Shown here: one piece after another, positions 41,247 to 56,389 of the stretch | Position numbering within the stretch: the stretch's first letter is position 1 | Layout: every line of letters starts with the position of its first letter | Assembly: GCF_009914755.1 (NCBI RefSeq) | Contig: NC_060948.1 | Source of the DNA: the human T2T-CHM13v2.0 reference genome, Homo sapiens | Strand: one strand, 5' to 3' | DNA: 64,000 nt | Made by a program: the position numbers and the translations under genes | The notes under the pieces: model-generated | Databases searched by the model: none | Told to the model about the DNA's origin: nothing | Seen by the model: the letters and a program-made list of their open reading frames with translations, nothing else

Positions 41247-41653
41247 TATATATATATTTTACATATATTATATAATATATGTTACATATATATGTATTAT
41301 ATATAATATACATATATGTATTATATACATTATATACATATATGTTACGTATATGTATTATATATATTATATACATATATTGCATGTATATATATTACAT
41401 TATGTAATATATATTATACTATATTACTAATATATTTTACATACATATTATGTAATATATATTATACTATAGTATATATACATATATGTAATATATATTA
41501 TACTATATTGCTAATATATTTTACATATATATTTAAATTGTATATATTTATATTATATAAAAGATACATAATAAATATGTTTGCATAATATATATAATAT
41601 ATGTAATTAATATATTTACATTATATGTAACATATATGTAGAATATATATATA
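41247..41653. repeat. Degenerate (TA)n tract (begins at ~40977, split by copy A)
   Basis: Direct reading. Confidence 0.9.
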
Positions 41654-42424
41654 GTTCTATTGGCCAACTGAACTGGCAAGCCAAGCGATATGCATTTAAA
41701 TTTTTGATTTACTCAAATATATAATAGTAATGTTATTTCTTGGGGGTCATATTAAATGAAAAAGAAAATCCATGCTTGCCTTCATTGTCCAACAAAATTG
41801 GTGTTTGCAGGCACAAATCCCCTCTAAGCCTTTCTTTAGGTACATGGTTTTCCAAATTCTGAATCTCTAGAAAAATTGGTTGAGAAATTGGAAAAATGGA
41901 GAAAAGTATCATAAACTTCCTGTTAGAGATAAAGCATAAAAATTAACACAGAAATGTTAACTAGTACTAAGTACTAAGAAATCCTGTAACATCAAGTCAA
42001 AAATAAAAGAAGGCAACACTGACTTGGTGAATCCATGTTGAATTCCACATTTCTAGAAATACAGGAACACACGGGAGTGACACATGAGCAATCTAAGTCA
42101 TTTTTCAGGTAGCTGTTGTCCTGCGATAAATGTGCATCTGTTGCTTTGCTGCTAACAGCAAGTGATTTTTGCAAATAAAATAAATACATGTGCATGATAT
42201 ACTTCATAAAAATCCTGTGAGTGGAGTTCCAAGAAATAACAAGTTTTAGAAGCAAAGTAGCAATTTTGACACATGATTCTGTGTAGTGCTGTTAACCATG
42301 CTAGGAAATCTGAATTCTCAGTTATTTTAATATTACTCAATAATATTTACTGGTGTTTTTCAGTATTTAAATAATTTTAATAGGCCAGAGTTATATGTAC
42401 ATATTTTAACAGAAGCAATGCAAA

Positions 42425-42641
42425 AAGAAGGTATGAGTGCTGCTGTAAAATACTGCGTAATAAGATTAGAAATCAATCTAAAATCTGAATTAACATAAGC
42501 CATGTGATGTCAACTGCAAAACAAAAATTGTTATAAGCAGACAAAATATTTTATTATTTACAAGGAAATGTGTGTATCTGAAGCACATGTACCTTAATGA
42601 CCAATTTGAAGATGTTTTTGCCTACATTCTTAGCATTTCAA
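42425..42641 (+). repeat. Direct duplicate (copy B) of 41027-41242
   Basis: Same alignment; lies in ordinary unique-looking sequence. Confidence 0.95.
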
Positions 42642-43379
42642 CCAATGTAAATGAAAAATAAAATAAAATTTTGTCTGAAATACTTGCATGAAACAAAGAT
42701 CAAGACTATCAAACAGAGCAATAGAGTAATATATATGCTTTGTGTATCTTAATAATTTATTTTAAAAATAGATTTAAAATATTGAATAATTTTGTTTTGA
42801 TATTTCAAATTTTGAATTATTTTTTACTTGTAATTTATTTTGTGTTATAAAAATATTGAAAGGGAACATTATCATGTCAATATCAGAAAGTCATTTTTAC
42901 ATGTATTGAAGTATATAATTTTATCATAATATACTAGCTCATGATAATAAATTATGCATTTACTATTATATTTTTTAATGAAAAATACATTTGGAACTTT
43001 AAGCATAATTTATTTAGAAAAAATGATTCACTGCTATTAGGATCACTTATTATTCAAAATTACGTAAATAAACTCTTATTAAAAATGCATAGTAACCCCT
43101 GCTTTTGAGAATTTCAAAGAATTCTTGGGAATTCTGATATTCCGTTTCTAAATCTCAAAGATCGATTGGGAATCTGGAAACATTGACTATAATAATTATT
43201 TCTCTTCCCAAACAAGCATTAATTCTTAGTGCTTTATTATCTTACATAACAAGTACAAGGATAACTAAAATTTACAATAATTTTCAAATGCAGGCTCCTG
43301 CATTTTTATCAAAAAGTATGCTGTGGCCATTATAAATATAATTTGTCCTAATTCAGAGTTATAATAAAGACAGAAAAAA

Positions 43380-43570
43380 TGTATTAACCATTTACTAAGT
43401 GCTAAGCACTGTGCTAAACATTTTCCCTATGTTCTTCCAATAATCCACACAATACTACAAAGTTATAGGTGTTACTGATCCTCATTTTATAGAGAAGAAA
43501 ATTTTTATTCTGAGTGATATGCCCACAAGTCAACTAATAAGAAGACATTTGATCCAAAATTCTCTAATCC
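43380..43570 (-). mobile_element. MIR
   Basis: TTTACTAAGTGCTAAGCACTGTGCTAAAC..CCTCATTTTATAGAGAAGAAA antisense MIR core. Confidence 0.7.
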
Positions 43571-45326
43571 TTGAATGTACTTTCCAAAAGCCTTACAAAA
43601 ATAACTATAATGTAGGTGTTGTATTCTTGGAAATTTTAAGCTTGTAGATTATAAAAATATTCCTTATTTTTTATTCACAGCTTGAGGCCTTCTTCTCATC
43701 ATTGCCTATACTACCACAGATTTTTTTATTACACTTTTATTCCTGCTGTCAGCTTTAGCTTTTCTGTACAATTAGTGATTCTCTAAATTACTACCAGAAC
43801 TTTCCAAATATAATATACTTTGATGTCTCTAAAAGAGCAAGACAGGAAATGCATTCTTTAAGCTCACAGATGGAATATGAGAAAAATATGACCTCACCTA
43901 ACAAGAGATAGAAGTTTTTATTGCACATTTTGCACATTCTAAATTCAAAAACTTTCTTAAAAATGATGAAAAGTCAGTTCACAGGAAGCTATCAATTCTA
44001 AAATCTTATTTGTAAATATAAATAAGAGGCAATATGACATATGGTGAAACTCAGTAAAGAGAGTTGAGAATCTACAAGTATATTGAACAAAATAAATGAG
44101 ACTATGAGGACAAACTCTTAAAGTTCTTGTTTGAATGTTTTGAAATATCTATGAATTTACTGTATCTGGTATACAGCACTGTCTAATTACCAAGACAGGA
44201 CCCTTGGGCCACTTGGTCTTGTGTCACATTCTGGTAATCTATTATAGCATAAAGTAGGCAGGGTATCAGGTGTCAAATTTCTTTTGATAACTTACTTCAG
44301 AGATGGTTATGAGTCTGTGCATGAAGAAAAAAGAGGAGGCAGATTGACAATGTGCTTAAAGCATATTTCTCAATGAGAAACATTTCAGGAATTACTGCTG
44401 GCCTAGAAAAATATGACTGTAACTTACTTAGAAACTGAAGCCATCTGAATAATCTGGAGAGTATCTAGACACAGGACAGTGCATGTAAATTATAGCTCAG
44501 TGACTGGAGCATTTAGCTGGAGAAGGTAATGAAAGAGAAAAAGTAGAAAAGAAAGAAAAAATGAATGACATTCATTTGATTTTATTACAAATTAAAATCA
44601 CCTGTGTAAAAATCAACCAAGTCAAATATAAAACATTGCTGACTCCACAGAATCTCATTTATTCCTGCCTTCCCATATGCACAAAAATAACTACTATACT
44701 CACTTGTATAGTAACCACTTTGTTATTTTTCTTTATAATTTTACAATGTAAGCATGTACTGCTTAATAAAATAGTTTAGTTTTAGTTTGGGCTGTCACTT
44801 GAAATTTATATAAATAAATTCAATCATGCATATATGTTTTATGACTAGATTATTTTGCATAAATTCATGTTGTTAATATTTAAATATGCTGCTGCATTAA
44901 CTATTATTCTGTTATTTTAATTTTTTTTGTAACTCTCCATTGTAGAAATATACAACTTGTCTATCCCCTCTATTGATGATGGGTATTTGGGTCATTTCTA
45001 CTTTTGGAATATTAGAAATAATGGTGTTTTCAACATTTTTGTACATGGATCTTGGTACACATACTTTAGAAATTGTATATTATCTATATACTAGAAATCT
45101 CACTATTGGGATTTCTAGTATATAGATAACATACAATTTTACTTTCAGTCCATAATATGAGACAGTTTTCCAAAAATTTTACCTGTTTGCAATCCTGCTT
45201 TATCCTCAAACAGCAAATTTTGAAGTTTTAGTTATTGTGGTACATGTTTTAATATCTTATTGTGGTTTAAGTTAGCTTTTTCCCTTATTATTTATAGCAT
45301 AAAGCACATTTTCTTTGATTACTTAG

Positions 45327-45767
45327 AGTATAAACACTAATCTTAATTGCCAACTAACTGGGCCATGATATTTAGATACTTGGTGAAATGATTTTTTAAG
45401 ATGTTTCTGTGAAGATATTTTTCAGATGAGATTAACATTTAAAACAGTAGTCTTTGAGTAAATCAGATTACTCTCCATAATGTAGGGGAGCTTCATACAA
45501 TCAGTGGAAGGTGTTAATAAAAAAAAAATATTAACCTGCCCCAGACAAAAGATGGAATTCTGCTAGAAACTGCCTTTGGACTTGAATTGCGACATCAACT
45601 CATCAACTATTCCCTGAGTGTACAGCCTGCTGGCCTACTCTGCAGATTTTGAACTTGCCAGCTCCCACAATTATGTGAGCCAATCCTTAAAATCTCTTTG
45701 AAAAAAAGAGAAAGAGAATCATATATATGTATGGCTTTATTTCTCTGGAGAGATTCTGAACAACACA
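45327..45767 (+). mobile_element. MLT2D-like ERV-L LTR
   Basis: GATGAGATTAACATTTAAA.CAGTAG.CTTTGAGTAAA.CAGATTAC.CTCCATAATGT; AATTATGTGAGCCAAT; TTTCTCTGGAGA near the end. Confidence 0.8.
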
Positions 45768-46636
45768 GATGGTTTCTTTTGTAAACACCTATGCTAGGTA
45801 CTTATTTTTTTGACTACTGGCTTGTCTTTCTTCTTGGTAATTGTCCCGCAAACATTCCTAAACCCTCTATTCCATTATTTGTGTTGCAGATATCTTGTTC
45901 CACCCTCTGACATCATTTTCACTATCTTAATGATACTTTCTAATGAATTGCTTTTCTTAATTTATGGTAAGACATTACACCAACCATTTTCTTTACGATT
46001 AGTTTATAATATGTATTGTTTAAGCAGTCTTACTTACTCCAAGATTATTTAAATATTATATTATCTTCTAGAAACTTTAATTTTTGATTTTTACATTTAG
46101 ATCTACAATATATCTTAAATTAATTTTAGTGTGTAGTTTGATATAATAAGGCCAGGTTTTTCTTGTTCTTTATAATTATACAATTATATTCAACCACCTT
46201 AACACTATTTATTGAAAATACTGCTCTTTTTTCACTTCCATGAAATGTCACCTCTGTCATAAATATCCATATGTGTTATTGGTTCCATCAGTCCATTTGT
46301 CAATACTTGCACCAAGACTACACTTTCTTGATTTCTGTGGATTTCGATCATGATATCTAGTAGTAATATTCACCCCACCATGTAATTCTTTTTAAGAGTA
46401 TCTTAAATATTTTTAGCCCTCTACATTTCCATATAACTTTTAGATGTAGTTGACAGGATTCCATTAAAATCAACCAAAGAATTCTGATAAAGAATACACT
46501 GAATGTCTTAATTATTTTATGAATAACATAATTCTTTTCAGTAGTTAGTCTTCTATTCCATAGACATGGTATATTCCCCCGTTTATTTATGTCTTTCTTA
46601 ATTTTTTCAATGACCATTAAAACTTTACTCTATGGT

Positions 46637-46948
<312 letters not shown>

Positions 46949-47162
46949 AAAAACTTTACTCTTTGGTGGTCTTCTACAGCTCATTAGTTTATCCCAATTG
47001 TTTGAAATTTCGATGCCATTGTAATGATTTATTTTAGAGTTTCATTTTCTTATTGTTTGCTGGGGGTATGTACACATAAATGATTGTTGTATATTGGCCT
47101 TATAGCAAAGATGAATATTAACTAGATTATTGATTCTAAAACATTAACTTTGGGTTTTTTTA

Positions 47163-47489
<327 letters not shown>

Positions 47490-47533
47490 GATGTCATCTT
47501 TAAATAATGCTTTTTCTTTGTTTTTAAGAATTT

Positions 47534-47833
<300 letters not shown>

Positions 47834-48192
47834 AGAATTATATATATTTTTTCTCTATATTAAATGACTGGCCTGGCTATACTTTCTAAGTAAAATGATA
47901 AATAAAACTAGTTATATCAGGTGTCTTTGTCTTATTCTTGGCCTTAGTGGAAAAGCTTTTAATATTTCATTAAAAAGCAAATTATTTCACAAAACATTAT
48001 TTGTACATATTTTAAAGAAAATTAATACTTTCCCTGGATTCCTCTTTTGCTGTGTTTTTATTATGAATGGATGTGAATTTTATTATAACATTTCTCTGCA
48101 TCTGTGAGATTAAAGTGATGAACTTTTAATATGATAAATTATATTGAGATATATATATATTTTCTTTTTTTGAAATTTTATTAAGAAATATT

Positions 48193-48461
48193 GGCTGGAT
48201 GTGGTGGCACATGCCTGTAATTTCAGCAGTTCAGGAGGCCAAGGTGGATGGATTGCTTGAGCCTAGGAGTTTGAGACAAGCCTGAACAACATGACAAAAA
48301 CCTGTTTCTACAAAAAATACAAAGAAATTTGCCAGGCATGGTGGCTCATGCTACTTTGGAGGCTGAGGTAGGAGGATCACCTGAGCGAGGGGAGGTAGAG
48401 GCTGATTGTTTCACTGCACTCCAGCCTGGGTGACAGAGTGAGATCCTGTCTCAGAAAAAAA
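48193..48461 (+). mobile_element. AluJ with two small right-arm deletions
   Basis: Dimer lacking the CTGTAGTCCCAG and CAGTGAGCC segments. Confidence 0.8.
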
Positions 48462-48820
48462 GATAAGGAATTTTTTTAATTAAAAAAATTAATATTTTTA
48501 AACATACAGACTATGAATATTTTTAACGCACCACCTACATTCAACAGTTAATATTTTACAAAATATTTAGTCATGTAACTATTCATCTTGTCACCACTGT
48601 AGCCACTCATCAATCTACCTTGTCATTCATTTTAAAATAAGTTAAAGACATCACTACATTTCTCCCCAAGTATTTCAGCATGCTTATGATTAAATTTAGC
48701 TCAATAATTTTTTAGTGATTCATTTTATTTTCACTTAAGGACAATGCTATGTGTGATGAAATGCACAAATCCATTGGAATGAAATGATCATTTTATTGTA
48801 TGGTAGTACCAAAATGTATT

Positions 48821-49040
48821 TGTATTAGTTTTCTATTATTTTGTTAGAAAATCTCACAAACGTAGAAGTTTAAAAAACAAAAAAAGATCTATTATATCAA
48901 ATTTTCTGGAGGTTAGAAGTCCAGGTAGGTATTGGCCAGTTTCTCTCCTCAGGGTTTCAAAAAGCTGAAATCAATGTTCCAGTCAAAGCTTAGTATCATC
49001 CTCTTCAGATCAGATTAAGGTGCTCTTCCAAGCTCAGAGT
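48821..49040 (-). mobile_element. MLT1-type LTR fragment (part of an old duplicated block)
   Basis: TGTATTAGTTTTCTATT..AGAAGTCCAGG..GCTGAAATCAA..CTCTTCCAAGCTC. Confidence 0.7.
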
Positions 49041-49099
49041 TTTGTATTTGTTTAAATGCACAGTAATTAAAAGTTTTTTTTTTAATCAGCAAAAGCAGT

Positions 49100-49618
49100 T
49101 AAAGTAAACAAAAATATTTTAGCCTAAAATATATTTATTTCACATATTCTGAAGTGGCCCTGCCATGTTGTTTTTCATGGGGGAAATTTGCATCTGTAGA
49201 TCTGTTGATTCATTAATGCAGTCAATGCTTCCCTTGTCCAGATCTAGGAAAGATTAAATGAGAATCTAACACCTTTATAGGTCTGAAAAGAAATATTTAC
49301 CACCTATTTTCTCTGAAACCTGCTACCTGTGAGGTTTCATCTACATAACAAGATTGCTTTTGCTAGTCAAGCCTCTTCCTTTCTCCTTCCAATAACCTGT
49401 CTTGGCACTAAAACCTGTTTTTGGCCATGCTGTATGCCCATATTCTTTCTGTAACCTCAAGATGGTATATAAGCCTCTGTACCCTATTAGAGGGTTGGGT
49501 CTTCATTCTGAAGACTCCCATATAGTAGACTCATTATTACACATAAACGTGTATGTGTTTTCTCTGATTAATCAACCTGCCTCATGTCAGTGATTTTCAG
49601 TGAACATTTAGGAGGCCA
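49100..49618 (+). mobile_element. Solo ERV1 LTR (MER34/MER39/MER49/LTR29-related group)
   Basis: GGTCTGAAAAGAAATATTTACCA..CTGTAACCTCAAGATGGTATATAAGC motifs; 4-bp TSD CAGT; empty site visible in the paralogue at ~60650. Confidence 0.7.
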
Positions 49619-49685
49619 CAGTATATAAACTGCAGAAAAATTTTACTACGACTGAAAAAAATGTATCATTCAATTAGTTATAATC

Positions 49686-51024
49686 TGTCAATCGAGAAAA
49701 ATGATGAGACTGAAACCAGCCTCATTGTCTGAGGTGCCACCCGAAGTTGTTGATGTCACGGCCAACGAAATCAAGGACTCGGATACTCCAAAGGTGAGGT
49801 TAGAGCAGTAGTTAAATAAGTGAAAGAAGGAAAGCTCTCTAGAGCAGAGAGGGTTCCCAGAAAGATGGGTTGCCGTATTACAGTGAAATGCGAGGGTTTT
49901 TATAGAAAAGCTGGAGGGGAGCCATGCTTCATTTGGTTGAGGCGCAAATTTCTGAGTTCCCGCCCCACCCTTTCTAGTGCACATGCGGGCTTCTTAGTTT
50001 GAGTTACTCCATGTTGTTTATCGCTTCCTGCTGCACATGTGTAAAAAGGCGGAGAACAGAACCCTCTAAGGTGGACGTGCCTGGTTCAGAGTAGCTCTTA
50101 TCAGTGCTGCGTCAGGCGCTCCCCCTGCACAAGCCTGCCTGTCTGAGTATTTCCAAGAAGGGAGGACTGTGTTACCTGGGACCCACTGTATCTTTGTATG
50201 TCACACAGGAGGCCCCTTTCTGTGTTAGAGCTTGCCTTCATTATCTGCGTTTGCCGCCTTATCGCTTAGGCTGCTCTTTCATGAAGGAGAAATGACCTCT
50301 TGGGCTGCTCTTTGTTAGAAGACACTCTGCTTTTTGTTAGAAGGGAATTCCACCGGGGACCCTTGCCCTAACTATCTAGTTGATTTCTCTCTCTCTCCTC
50401 TCACAAGACAACTATCAATCATTTTACAGTTTCTTTGTCAAAGTTAAGGACACGTGCCCAGGAGACAAGTCTATGCCTTTCCCTGAAGACAATTTTGAGG
50501 GATCCAAATTTAAAGGGGAAAGGGCGGGATATTAAGAAAGAAACAATTTTCACTTAAGGTGGTGGGGGCGGGGAGTAGAAAAAATAGTAATTCATGCCTT
50601 TGTCTGGCTCAGTTAATCTGCATTTTTTTTTTTTTTTTTACGTAAGATGACATAGATAAATGGGGCAGAGGAAAAATGCACGGAATCTGCATTTTTACAT
50701 ACGATAACATACACAAAATGTTGCAGGGGAATAATCAGATACATATTTGTGTCAGGTGGAGGCGGGGGTGAATTCAACTGTAAAGATAAGCTATTAATTT
50801 ACATTGCCATGGTGAAATTTCAACAGAAACACCTTAAAGATCTGGGAGCTCACTGAGAATTTCCTTGTGAGCAAAAATATGGGGGAGGCACGTAGCTTTT
50901 CATCTTGCAGCCGTCTTATTTAGGAACCAAAAGAGGTAGGCAGGTTTGTGTGACCCAGTTTCCAGCTTAACTTTTCCTTCTGGTTTAATGAGTTTGGGGT
51001 CCCAAGATTTATTTTCTTTTCATA
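49686..51024 (-). mobile_element. LTR43/MER4C-like solo LTR, interrupted at 49710
   Basis: Minus-strand start TATGAAAAGAAAATAAATCTTGGGACCCCAAACTCATTAA; perfect TSD AATC (49682-49685, 51025-51028). Confidence 0.75.
49711..50405 (-). mobile_element. Nested solo ERV1 LTR (MER61-like)
   Basis: TG...CA termini with perfect TSD AGAC (49707-49710, 50406-50409); more GC-rich and CpG-rich than flanks. Confidence 0.72.
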
Positions 51025-51187
51025 AATCCATGCATGAATATTTAAAAATACAGACATTTCCATTGTACCAGTAAGTTTTCTTGTTCCTTCGTAGTGAAGT
51101 TCCAACCTTGTCCACATAGAAACTTTTTTTTTCATTTTACTCCTTGACCACTGTAAACATGTTTATTTTAAAGTTGCATTTTGTGAC

Positions 51188-51692
51188 TGAAACCAGCCAC
51201 ATAGCGTTGACAAGAATTGCCTGCTAGGTTCTGTTCAGAAATAAAGTTCTAATTAAGCTTTAGTTCGGCTACATTTTGACTCACTTTCTTGTTGCTAGAA
51301 GTCTCACCATTTGCATTCCCATTGTTCCTATAGACAGGATCTCTGACATTAGAATCACAAGGCTTTTTTTTTTTTAAGGATCACTTAATATGTTTTTTCA
51401 GATCCTGGATTCCAGCAACTAGTTTAAAGACCTCCACAGAGGAATGACATCAGCATGAAAATGCAACTTTATCTCCCTGTACCATCACTTCACTCTGCAC
51501 TCATTGACCAATCAATAATCTCCACACTTTGGACTACTCCAAAATTCTTAAGAATCTTAACTTCAAATTCCTGGAGAAGATAGGTTTGATGTTTTCTCCC
51601 ATCTCCTTTTTCAGTGACTTTATGATCAAACCTCTTTATCTGCTGCAGCCTAGTGTCTCAGCATATTGAGTTCAGAACTTACTATAGTTACA
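51188..51692 (+). mobile_element. MER66-like solo LTR
   Basis: TGAAACC..GTTGACAAGAATTGC..CATTTGCATTCCCATTGTTCCTATAGA; ends GTTACA. Confidence 0.75.
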
Positions 51693-51939
51693 GAACATAC
51701 ATAGACCCCATAGGAATTTGCGTAATCGATATACTTCTGGGTTTTGTTCATTTTGCTTCTCTTCTCAAATGCCTATTTTACATTGTGTTTTAACAATTTT
51801 ATTTTGAAAATTGTTTGTAAACTATTTTGAGGTTCAGAATTGTCATATGTTACCAATGAGTGTTTAAATTCTCTTCTGCACTTGGTATTACTATGGTATT
51901 ACTAGCATTCTGCACTTGGTATCACTAGCCCTCCAGGAA

Positions 51940-52266
51940 TTTTTTTGTTTGTTTGTTTGTTTTTGTTTTTGTTTTGTTTTTGTTTGTTTGAGACAGAGAC
52001 TTGCTCTGTTGCCTAGGCTGGAGTGCAGTGGCATGATCTCAGCTAACTACAACCTCTGCCTCCCAAGGTCAAGGGATACTCATGCCTCAGCCTCTCAAGT
52101 AGCTGAGATTACAAACGTGCACCACTATGCCCAGCGAATATTCGTATTTTTAGTAGAGATGGGGTTTCACCATGTTGACCAGGCTCGAACTCCTGACCTC
52201 GAGTGATCTACCCGCCTCCGCCTTCCAAAGTGATGGGATTACAGGTGTGAGCCACTGGCCCTGGCC
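51940..52266 (-). mobile_element. AluS
   Basis: Antisense dimer with (TTTG)n tail; TSD AGGAAT. Confidence 0.88.
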
Positions 52267-52498
52267 AAGGAATATTTAATACCAAATCAATGTTCCAGGT
52301 GATCAAAAGCTCAGTTTAGTTTCTCATTTTGTTCAAATTTTTGTGAAGATTCACAAACTAGATCATGGTGTTACTGACCATGGGTTCTTGGGTTCTCAAT
52401 GCAATATAAATTGACATGAGGCCAAAAGAGTTTTCCCAGATAAAGCTTTATTGGAGCTTGTATTAGTCAGGGTTTTCCAGAGGGATGAAGCTAATAAG

Positions 52499-55400
52499 AT
52501 ATATACATATTGTAAATTATATATTATATAAATATTTGTACATTCTTATATTATATATATTAATATACATAAATATATATTTATATATACATATATACAC
52601 GTATGTATGTATATATGTATGTATACATATATACATGTGTGTATGTATATATGTATACATATATACATGTATATGTATACATATATACAGTTATATATAA
52701 ATATACATATATATGTATAACAATATATATAAATATACGTATATCAATATATAAATGTATGTATATCTATATATAAATCTATGTATATCTATATATAAAT
52801 ACATATGTATATCTATATATAAATATATATGTATATCAATATATATAAATATATATGTATATCAATACATAAATATATATGTATATCTATATATGTATAT
52901 GAATATATATAAAAATATATATGTATATAAATATATATACATATATAAATACACAAAAATATACATATATGCATATTTTTATACATAATATATAAAAATA
53001 TATGTATATATTATATGATATATTATAAATATAATATATTATATTATATAAATATATTATAAATATATATTAAATATTATATTAATATATTATAAATAAA
53101 ATATATATTATATAATATATTATGAATATAATATATTCCATATATTATATAATATATTATAAATATAATATATTCCATATATTATGTAACCTATTGTAAA
53201 TATAATATATTCTATATATTATAGAATATATTATAAATATAATATATTCGATATATTATAGAATATATTATGAATATAATACATATGTTATATAATATAT
53301 TATATATAATATATTATATACGTTATGTAACATATTATAAGTATAATATATTATATATGTTATATAATATATTATAAGTATAATATATTATATATTATAT
53401 AAATATAAATATATATAAATATATTATAAATGTAATATATTATATATTATATATAATATATTATGTTTACATATACAATATATTATATTTAAATATAATA
53501 TATTATATTTACATATATAATATATTATATATGTAAACATAATATATTATATATAAATATAATATATTATGTTTACATATATAATATATTATATATAAAT
53601 AATATATTTATTTATATATATATATATAAATAATATATTATTTATATATAATATATTATATATAAATATAATATATTATTATCATATATTATATATCATA
53701 ATATATATAATATATGATAATAATATATTATATAAATTATATATAAAAATATAATATTGTATATATAATATATTATATATAAAAATATAATACATTCAAA
53801 TAGAATATATTATATTATAATTTATATTATAATATATTTATATTTATATATAAATATAAATATAACATATAATAGATTGTAAATATATTATATATTATAA
53901 GTATAATATATTCTATAAATTATATATAAATATATATAATATATTATAACAATATAAATTTAAATTTAAATTTAAATTTATATATGAATACAAATATAAA
54001 TATAAATATATAAAAATATTTTCATATAAATATATAAATATATAAATATTTTTATATATAAATATATATAAACATTTTTATACATAAAAATTGATAAAAT
54101 ATAAAATTATATTTATATATAATATAAAATATATATTTTATTATGTATAGTATACAATAGATATATATTTTATTATATATTTTGTATATATAATATACAT
54201 TATATTTTTATATATAATATATATTATATTTTATATATAATATACATTATATTTTTACATAGTATACATTATATTTTATATATAATATACATTATATTAT
54301 ATATTATATACATATATAATATGTAATATATACATATATTATATATATTATATACATATACATAATATATATTATATACATATATTATATAATACATACA
54401 TATATATTATACATTATATATATTATATATTATATACACAATATACATTATATATTATATACACAATATACATTATATATTATATACACAATATACATTA
54501 TATATTATATACAATATACATTATATATTATATACAATATACATTATATATTATATACAATATACATTATATATTATATATAATATACATTATATATTGT
54601 ATATAATATACATTATATAGTGTATACAATATACATTATATATTATATACAATATACATTATATATTATATATAATATACATTACATTTTATATATAATA
54701 TACATTACATTTTATATATGATATACATTACATTTTTATATATAATGTACAGTACATTTTATATATAATATACATTACATTTTATATATAATATACACTA
54801 CATTTTATATATATAATATACATTAAATTTTATATATATACTATACATTATATTCTATATACTATACATTATATTCTATATACTATACATTATGTTCTAT
54901 ATAATATATAGTATTTTATATATATTATATTTAATATATTTTATATATATCATATTTAATATGTATTATATATAATATACATTATATTACATTATATATA
55001 ATATGTATGATGTATAATATGTTATATTTTATATATACTATATAATATGTTTTATATATAATATATAATATATATTATATTATGTTTTATATATAATATA
55101 TAGTATATATTATATTATGTTTTATATATAATATAAAATATATATTATATTATGTTTTATATATAATATAAAATATATATTATATTATATTTTATATATA
55201 ATATATATTATATGTTTTATACATATAATATATATTTTATATATATTACATTTTATATATATTATAATATATATTATATTTTATATAATATAAATTATAT
55301 TTTATATATATTATATACTATATTTTATATATAATATATTATATACTATATTTCATATATAATATATAATATACTATATTTCATATATAATATATAATGT

Positions 55401-56389
55401 AGTATATTTTATATATAATATATAGTATATTTTATATTTTATATACAATATATTATATTTTATATTTTATATACAATATATTATATTTTATATTTTATAT
55501 ACAATATATTATATTTTATATTTTATATACAATATTATATATTTTATATACAATATATTTTATATTATATATTTTAAATATAATATATTTCATATGATAT
55601 ATTTTATATGTAATATATTTCATATGATATATTTTATATATAATATATTTCATATGATATATTTTATATATAATATATTTCATATGATATATTTTATATG
55701 TAAAATATTTTATATGAGATAGTTTTTATGTAATATATTTTATATGATATATTTTATATGTAATATATTTTATATGATATATTTTATATATTATATATTT
55801 TATATTATATTTTATATATTATATATTTTATATTGTATTTTATATATTATATATTTTATATTATATTTTATATATTATATATTTTATATTATATTTTATA
55901 TATTTTATATGTTGTTTTGTATTTTATGTATAATATATTTTATATTATATTTTATATATAATATGTTTTATATTATATTTTATATATAATATGTTTTATA
56001 TTATATTTTATATATAATATGTTTTATATTATATTTTATATATAATATATTTTATATTTTATATAGTATATATTTTATTTTGTAATATATATTATATATT
56101 TTATTTTATACATAATATATATTATGTATTTTATTTTATATATAATATATATTATGTATCATATTTTATATTTATATACATTTATATATTATATACAAAA
56201 TATATATTATTTTTTATACATATAGCGTGTATATATATTATATACAAAGTATATAAAAATATATATTATATATATTTTGTATATAATTTATATATAAATA
56301 TATATTATATTATATATAAATACTATATAGAATATTATATAAATATATAAAATTATATAAATGTTATATATTTATATAAAATATATAAA
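52499..56389. repeat. Giant (TA)n-derived compound micro/minisatellite
   Basis: Almost exclusively A/T, with successive blocks of ~23-31-bp units. Confidence 0.95.

Noticed and set aside
41170-41588. Ile/Tyr-rich ORFs (also 52485-52988, 55744-55989)
   Set aside because: Translation artefacts of (TA)n repeats.
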